A stretch of 64,000 nt of DNA from the human T2T-CHM13v2.0 reference genome, Homo sapiens, in the NCBI RefSeq assembly GCF_009914755.1, contig NC_060946.1, one strand, 5' to 3'. Under the pieces are notes generated by a model that made no database searches, was not told the DNA's origin, and saw nothing but the letters and a program-made list of their open reading frames with translations. Each line of letters opens with the position of its first letter. The stretch's first letter is position 1. Of this stretch, positions 1 through 64,000 are shown one piece after another. The position numbers and the translations under genes are program-made.

Positions 1-233
1 GCCCTTAAGTCCCAGGTCAGCTGTCAGAGCCTGGGTGCAGCTCGCCATCCCTGGAGTGGATACCAGTGGAAGACTGAGTTGCCAAACCAAGCTGGTTTTA
101 AAATTGTATTTGTTATGTGATTTAAAAATAAAAGTGCATATGTCAGGTAACCATGACTGTCTACTGCCATACAATGCACCTGACGGATGGCAGCCCCTCT
201 CACCTGTGCTACCTCACTTGTGCCCTCTTCCAG

Positions 234-54379
<54,146 letters not shown>

Positions 54380-54788
54380 AGGTCCCAGTCCATCTCCTGG
54401 AGGCAGACAGATGGCCTGGAAACCTCTGGCTAATCGGGCCATCCGTAGAGCGGGAACCTTCCTGAGGTGTCCTTGGGCCACCCCCAAGTGTTGGGCCATC
54501 TGCCAAGAGACAGCGACCCAAAGCCGAAGGACAGGTGGCCTGGGCAGATCTCGCCCAGGTCTGGGAGCCCCAGGCTGGCCTCAGACTGTGGTTTTTTATG
54601 TGGCCACCCGAGGGCGCCCCAAGCCAGTTCATCTCAGAGTCCAGGCCTGACCCTGGGAGACAGGGTGAAGGGAGTGATTTTTATGAACTTAACTTAGAGT
54701 CTAAAAGATTTCTACTGGATCACTTGTCAAGATGCGCCCTCTCTGGGGAGAAGGGAACGTGACCGGATTCCCTCACTGTTGTATCTTG

Positions 54789-54794
54789 AATAAA
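54789..54794 (+). terminator. BCR: Proximal poly(A) signal AATAAA
   Basis: TGTA just upstream (54780-54783), AATAAA, then a downstream GT-rich tract (tgtgggggccgtggccctgt). Confidence 0.8.
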
Positions 54795-56877
54795 CGCTGC
54801 TGCTTCATCCTGTGGGGGCCGTGGCCCTGTCCCTGTGTGGGTGGGGCCTCTTCCATTTCCCTGACTTAGAAACCACACTCCACTTAGAACAGGGTTTGAG
54901 AGGCTTGGTCAGCACTGGGTAGCGTTTTGACTCCATTCTTGGCTTTCTTCTTTTTCTTTCCAGAAGGATTTTTGTGCAGAAATGGGTCTTTTGTTGCCGT
55001 GTTAGTCCTCCTTGGAAGGCAGCTCAGAAGGCCCGTGAAATGTCGGGGGACAGGACCCCCAGGGAGGGAACCCCAGGCTACGCACTTTAGGGTTCGTTCT
55101 CCAGGGAGAGCGACCTCGTCCCCCGATCCTGACCGCCCTTCCGGCCCACGCTCTCCTGTTTGGCTTCCACAGGCCTGGACTTCTCTGGCTTCTCTGCCCA
55201 CACACTCCCTGCCCCCAGTGTCCCTGCCCCTGCCCCAGCACAGGTGACTTCATTTCTGTCCTCTCAGCTCAGTGGACTCGCTCAACTTTTGTATAAGTCT
55301 CCACTTGGTGGTAGCAGCTTGCTGATGACTTGTTTTAAAACTTTCATCCTAAATAACCTTTTGATACTTGAATATTTGTAAGTTTTATACATAGTTTCTA
55401 ATTTTTTTCCGAACAGATCCAGATACCTAATAAGATGCTGGAATGTAATCCCTGGACAATCCGTGTCCTGGCAGCATTTGGTCTTCCTCTAAGCGCCTGG
55501 CTCCGCTGTTCTCAGGAGTGGGTTCTGAAGTCTCTGGAGAACAGGATACGTGGAGGGTTAGGAAGGGGCCAGGCCTAGAGACGGGAGACTCCCTCCCGGA
55601 GCAGGTGGAGGCACAGGACCATTCGCTACCCCATCTGCCGGCACCTGCGGGGGAGCCCAGGCATTCTTTGTAAGCCCTCCTGACTACCTGACTCAAAGAA
55701 AACAGAAGCATGGAGGCCGCCAAGTATTTTCAAGAAATAACCCCATGAATATTCCATCACTTTTTTAGAAAGAGGGGCTTGGGGCAGGCAGAGGAGAGAA
55801 GGGAGAGCAAACTGAGAGCCAAGTTTCCAGACAGTCCTGCAGGAGGAGAGGATGCAGCTGCCCAGAGGGAAGCAGGATCACATTTAAGGAAGTGTGTGGG
55901 GTCCCTGGATGACACCAGCACCCAGTGCGGCTCTGTCTGGCAACCGCTCCCAAGGTGGGAGGAGTGGGTGTCCCCTGTGTGTCAGTGGGCAGCTCCTGCT
56001 GAACCCGCAGCTCACTAGGGAGCCTGACAGTGGGTCCATGCGCCTGACACTCCTCTCTGCTTGTGGACCTGGCAAGGCAGGGAGCAGAAAACAGAGCCAC
56101 TTGAAGGCTTTCTGTCTGCGTCTGTGTGCAGTGTGGATTTAGTTGTGCTTTTTTCTTGCTGGGAGAGCACAGCCACCATTTACAAGCAGTGTCACCGTCG
56201 TGGGTGGCGAGGACAGAACAGGAGCCTCTGCTCTCTGTACCTATCTGGGCCCGGTGGGCTCCCTTGTCCTGGCTTCCATCTCTGTCTCAGCGACCATTGA
56301 GCCCTGCGCAGGAACACATGTTGCTTAGAAAAGCCAAATCCAGCCTTGTCTCTGCCTCCTCTGGTCTCATGATGTGCATCTGTTACCTTGAAACTGGAAA
56401 CCAGTCTATCAATGTCTGTGCCAATTTTTTATTCCCTCCCCAACCTCCTTCCCCATAGGACTTTTTATTTATGTAGGATGTGTGCTGTCTAATGATGGGA
56501 TGACCACACTTTTCCATGTTCTAAAAGTGCTCCTCTCCTGCAGGGTCCCAGGGCTGGTGGTTGCTTTGGGTCTACAGCTACGTCTTACCCGCCTCCTGCC
56601 TCAACAGCCTGTGTGGTGGCAAAGCCGGTGTGGGGCTGGGGAACGCAGCGTTCTCCAGGAGGGGGACCCGGCTCTCCTTCTGCAGTGCAGGCGAAGGCCT
56701 AGATGCCAGTGTGACCTCCCACAAGGCGTGGCTTCCAGACTCCCCGGCCGGAAGTGATGCTTTTTTGCCGTGGGCCCTGGGTTTGAAGCAGCCTGGCTTT
56801 CTCTTGGTAAGTGGCTGGTGTCTTAGCAGCTGCAATCTGAGCTCAGCCACCTACACACCACCGTGGCCGACACTTTC

Positions 56878-56883
56878 ATTAAA
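56878..56883 (+). terminator. BCR: Distal poly(A) signal ATTAAA
   Basis: ATTAAA followed by GT-rich ttgcgtgcatgttg; the ~2.1 kb spacing from the proximal site fits the recalled short and long BCR mRNA size classes. Confidence 0.7.
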
Positions 56884-58242
56884 AAGTTTCCTGAGACGAC
56901 TTGCGTGCATGTTGACTTCATGATCAGCGCCGCTGGGAAGAACCCCTGAGCCGGTGGGGTGGGGCTGGAAGCAGCAGGTGCAGTGATAGGGCTGGGTGCC
57001 CAGGAGGCCTCAGTGCTCAATCAGGCCAAGGTGGCCAAGCCCAGGCTGCAGGGAAGGCCGGCCTGGGGGGTGTGGGTGAGCACAGGCAGGCACCAGCTGG
57101 GCAGTGTTAGGATGCTGGAGCAGCATCCGTAACCCCACTGAGTGGGGTAGTCTGGTTGGGGCAGGGACCGCTGTTGCTTTGGCAGAGAGAGATGATCCCC
57201 ACTGGGGAGAGGCTGTTCTGACTCTGCAGGTGGGACAGGGACAGATGGCCACCAGGGTGACCCGGCTGGTCTTCCTTTGCTATGCTAAGCCCTGGGACAT
57301 GGAGGATTCCTGCCACCCTGGGCCCGGGTTCTTACCTGTGGCCACCGCTCTGGCACGAGCCCCTCAGTCTTGGGTGGTTTCTGCCTGGTCCGGGATTTGG
57401 TGTTGCTGCTGAGTCCAGCCTTTCCACCACCTCCGCATGGGCCGTGGGTGTTGTCAGCTGCCTCCCACCTTGGCTTCAGTAGCTCACCCAGCTTACAGGG
57501 GAGCTGCCCTGGGCTGGAGATGGGCATGCACCCTGGGTCCTACTTGAATGAATGCAGCTTGAGGAGACCCGGCCATATACACTGGGCCACAGGTTACCCT
57601 CGGCAATGCCCACAGCTGTCAGCCTGAGCCTCCCCAGGAGAGCAAGGCTCACACGACAAAGGCTGCCCGTGGCCAGTGAGGTGGCTGAGCCCAGCCAGGA
57701 CCTTTCTCGGACTCCCGGGATGTGGCTCTGCTCGTGAGCTGCCTGGTCAGCTCTCTCGGGGTGAGAGGGGCTTGTCACACGGGCGCCTGCCTGCAGTGTG
57801 ACCCTTCTCAGCTTCTCTCAGCAGCCCTGCCTGCGGAGTGTCACCGCCACCATGATCATTTCCCTGACACTGCGAGGGTGGGGGGACGTCCTGGGTAGAG
57901 ACAGGGCCTGTGGCAGCAGCAGGCTCAGGGGAGCCCTGCACTGGTGGACTGGGGACCTGGTGGAGACCACGCCAAGGGCTGGACAAGGGGACGAGCCTCC
58001 ACCCTGGCCTCTCCGCAGGCCTCAGCAGCCCCTCCCACAGGTAGAAGGGTTGACACTGGGTTCTGCCCTCACTGCAAGAGCTGCAAGTGCCACGTGCTGC
58101 TCTGCCCAATCTGGTGTCTGCAGGTGAGGAAAGGGCTGCCGCTGGCCCGTTTCTGAGTGTTCAGCACCTAAGGGTGACAGCACTGTCTGTCCCTACCCTC
58201 CGGGTCCTGTTTGAAGATCAAACCCATGCTCACAGGCCGCTA

Positions 58243-58520
58243 TTTTTTTCTTTTAGAGACAGGGTCTCACTTTGTCACCCAAGCTGGAGTGCAGTGGTGC
58301 GATTATAGCTCAATGCAGCCTCCAATTCCCGGACACAAGGGACCTTCCTGCCTCAGCCTGCCAAGTAGCTTGGACTATAGCTGTGTGTTTTCTTATTATT
58401 TTGTAGACATGGGGTCTGGCTATGTTGTCCAGGCTATTCTCAAAATTCCCAGCCTCAAGCAATCCTCCCACCTCAGCCTCTCAAAGGTTGGGATTACAGG
58501 TGTGAGGCAAGGCACCCAGC
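58243..58520 (-). mobile_element. AluJ
   Basis: Diverged Alu consensus. Confidence 0.85.
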
Positions 58521-58942
58521 TCAGCCACAGAGCCCTATTGCATCTCTCTTACTAAGAGCAAGAGCTGACTGCCCCCTCATCCCCATTCCAGAGTGTTGGG
58601 GCTGTGTTCAGCCGAGGCCAGGCCACTGGCATGGGCCCAGGGAGCGGGATCATTCACTGCTGCCCCAAATCTGAGATCATTCCACCTTGACAAGACTTCC
58701 TCATCCAATCCCTTTACTTGACAGCTGGGGAAACCAGTGCACACAGAGCACCCCCAGCTCAGTCGGGGTCTCAGAGCTGATCCATGAGCGGAGGCTGAGA
58801 TCCTGGGATCTTGTCCCCCAGCCTCCCTGCAAGCTTACTCCCTTTCTTCTAGAAGAGATGGGGCCAGACCTCGACCAGCAGCCCTGGCCTGGACATGACT
58901 GTGCTCATGCAGGTATTGAGGCTGAGATGCCCCGGCATCACA

Positions 58943-61325
<2,383 letters not shown>

Positions 61326-61331
61326 ATATAA

Positions 61332-61789
61332 TTTTTTTCTTTTTTTTTAAGTCTTTTTGGCTGTAAGTTTATTCAATGCAAAATAATCTTCTCCAATTTT
61401 ACTGAGGTGGCTGACGGCGTCCACGACCAAATCTGCCTCTAAACTGGAATTCGGTTGCTGACCCAGCCGCAGCCTCGGCTTTCTTGTTGGCACCAGGGGG
61501 CATAGCATTCCCTCTGTAGGTATCTCTGTCGGCTTCCCCTCTCGTGAGTCTTGCAGGTCGCTCACCCTCCAGACCTTTAGACTGAGGCCTGCCAGTCCAT
61601 GGACGGCTGCGGCGTAGGGTGGCAGGCACAATCTCCAGGGGCAGATGAAGGTAATCACGGAGATACTGGATATCCTCATTGGTAAGGTACCAGCAGACAT
61701 GACTCCAGGCAAACTGTTCCTTCATGTAGTAGCCTCGGGACTTGAAAGACTGCATGGCCTTCATGACATGAAGGTTGGGCACATTCTTC
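61332..61789 (-). pseudogene. RPS10 processed pseudogene, 5'-truncated
   Basis: Intronless [24 protein letters not shown]...[20 protein letters not shown] (stop at 61399). AATAAA on the minus strand at 61368-61373 and poly(A) remnant at 61332-61348. About the first 37 codons are missing. Confidence 0.95.
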
Positions 61790-61790
61790 C

Positions 61791-62011
<221 letters not shown>

Positions 62012-62192
62012 TAAAGAATGACATTTGCCGTCACCCAGTAGGACATATCTTGAGATGAAATCAGAGTTGTGGGCTTTGCAGACAACAGCAGTCATTTCTG
62101 GTGGCTTCCGGGAGTGGAGGGGGACTGCAGCTTTGGCAATGTAGGTGATACCAAAAGGACTATAGTAATTTTTTCTTAGTAATTAAAAACTA

Positions 62193-62788
<596 letters not shown>

Positions 62789-63916
62789 TCCCCAGCCATA
62801 ACAATATACATGTATGTTATACAATAACCAAACCAATATAGAAGGGTATATAGTGAAAGGAGAAGTATTGTTGTGGGTAAAATTGTTTCTATGAATAAAT
62901 GGCTGATCCAGTATTTTTTTCCTCCAAAAAAACACCTTTTCCCCTTTGATTTAGTGTATACCACACAGAGTCGCTTAGCCGATTCAGTGACTTTTTTGAT
63001 AGCTGGAGAATGCTTCCTAATGGTTGCAGGTGTGTAGGGGTTTTCTTGACAGTTTCAGTAAGAAAGTGAATGTTGTGCCATAGGAAAGCTTTATCACAGG
63101 TGCACGTTGGTAGCCAACCAAATAACGTGAGTGTCAAGTACAGTATCTAGTGAGTGGAGAATAACTGTAATAATTACAATTACAGTTGTAGTTAAAGTGA
63201 AGTTTGTATCAAAATTTCTGTTTCAAAGGTGAACTTTTAGGGGGTGTATCTGCAGTGTTTCCTCCTCAGATGTGATTTCTCTGAAGCAGTGGTTCTCTAT
63301 AACTGACTTGACACACAGTGCATCTGATATTTCGAATGACTTAAGTGATAGTATCAAAATTACTATCATATACATATTTAAATCACATGACTAACTTGTG
63401 TGTGGTATTATGCAAACTGCTCAGCTCAGTAAGGGAACAGAAATAAGAAAAAAAAAGGACAATATTGGGAGTCTTTTATACAATTAAATTTGTTCGATTA
63501 AAGGACTATCCTTTCTAAAAAAAAAAAAAAAAAGTCCTGCTTTCTTGGTGTTAAAATAAAGCATCTTTTATGAAATGATGGTGATAGTAAATGGTGATAT
63601 ACAGTAAATGTAAATAATAGCAAATACAAGGTTAGTTATCTTATTGTGATTTGTAAAAATAAAGAGAGCCGAGAATCTCGTTTTGCTGCTATTGTTTGGG
63701 AGTTCAGGAAAAAGTTCCTGGGGCTTTTGTTGTTAAGAAGATTCAAATACAAATTATTTCTTAAGAGTAAATATGAGTTTATTTTGAGGTCATTTGTCAC
63801 AGTCTACTGAGAAATCCACTGAGAAAGCTTTTAAGTTTGCCTGGTATTAAAGATGTTCCTATTCTGATCATTGTTAAATAGATCTTTTCTTATTAGATAT
63901 AAAATGTCAGGAGATA

Positions 63917-64000
63917 TTTTATTTTGAGACAGAGTTTCGCTCTTGTTGCCCAGGCTGGAGTCTAATGGCATGATCTCGGCTCACCGCAACCTCTGCCTCC
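63917..64000 (-). mobile_element. Alu 3' end (runs off the window)
   Basis: ttttgagacagagtttcgctcttgttgcccaggctggag. Confidence 0.9.

Larger units (their letters stand above)
54380..56900 (+). other. BCR: BCR 3'UTR (long form, end approximate)
   Basis: No obvious interspersed repeat between the stop codon and the distal ATTAAA (56878-56883). Confidence 0.8.

Noticed and set aside
61399-61782. Functional RPS10 paralogue (127-codon open frame)
   Set aside because: It lacks the N-terminus and true start codon (begins at GTG), has many non-conservative changes, and has no promoter context.

Overview
Human genomic DNA, GC-rich, from 22q11.23. It holds the 3' part of BCR on the + strand: 20 exons (exons 4-23 in standard numbering, which I recall rather than see) with canonical AG/GT borders. 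These join in one continuous frame encoding the rest of the DH (RhoGEF) domain, the PH, C2 and RhoGAP domains, and the C-terminal STEV PDZ ligand (stop at 54377-54379). A long 3'UTR with two poly(A) signals follows. The major (M-bcr, introns 12-15) and micro (intron 19) BCR-ABL1 breakpoint regions are in germline, unfused configuration. Intron 4 carries a 7SL pseudogene and a complete, sense-oriented FBXW4 processed pseudogene with target-site duplication (TSD) and poly(A) tail. Downstream of BCR lie a dense Alu cluster, an L1 remnant and a 5'-truncated RPS10 retrocopy. This is a well-studied locus and I see no convincing new gene system. The most notable unexplained structure is a ~0.6-kb inverted duplication in intron 16 (arms 37766-38665 and 41911-42522) enclosing a 3.2-kb spacer. 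Other leads are the CpG-rich intronic retrocopy with its own poly(A) site, inverted Alus bracketing in-frame exon 16, a 38-bp direct repeat around exon 15, a candidate antisense exon, and a probable rearrangement junction near 61.9 kb. Repeat subfamily names and literature links are from recall, not from a search.
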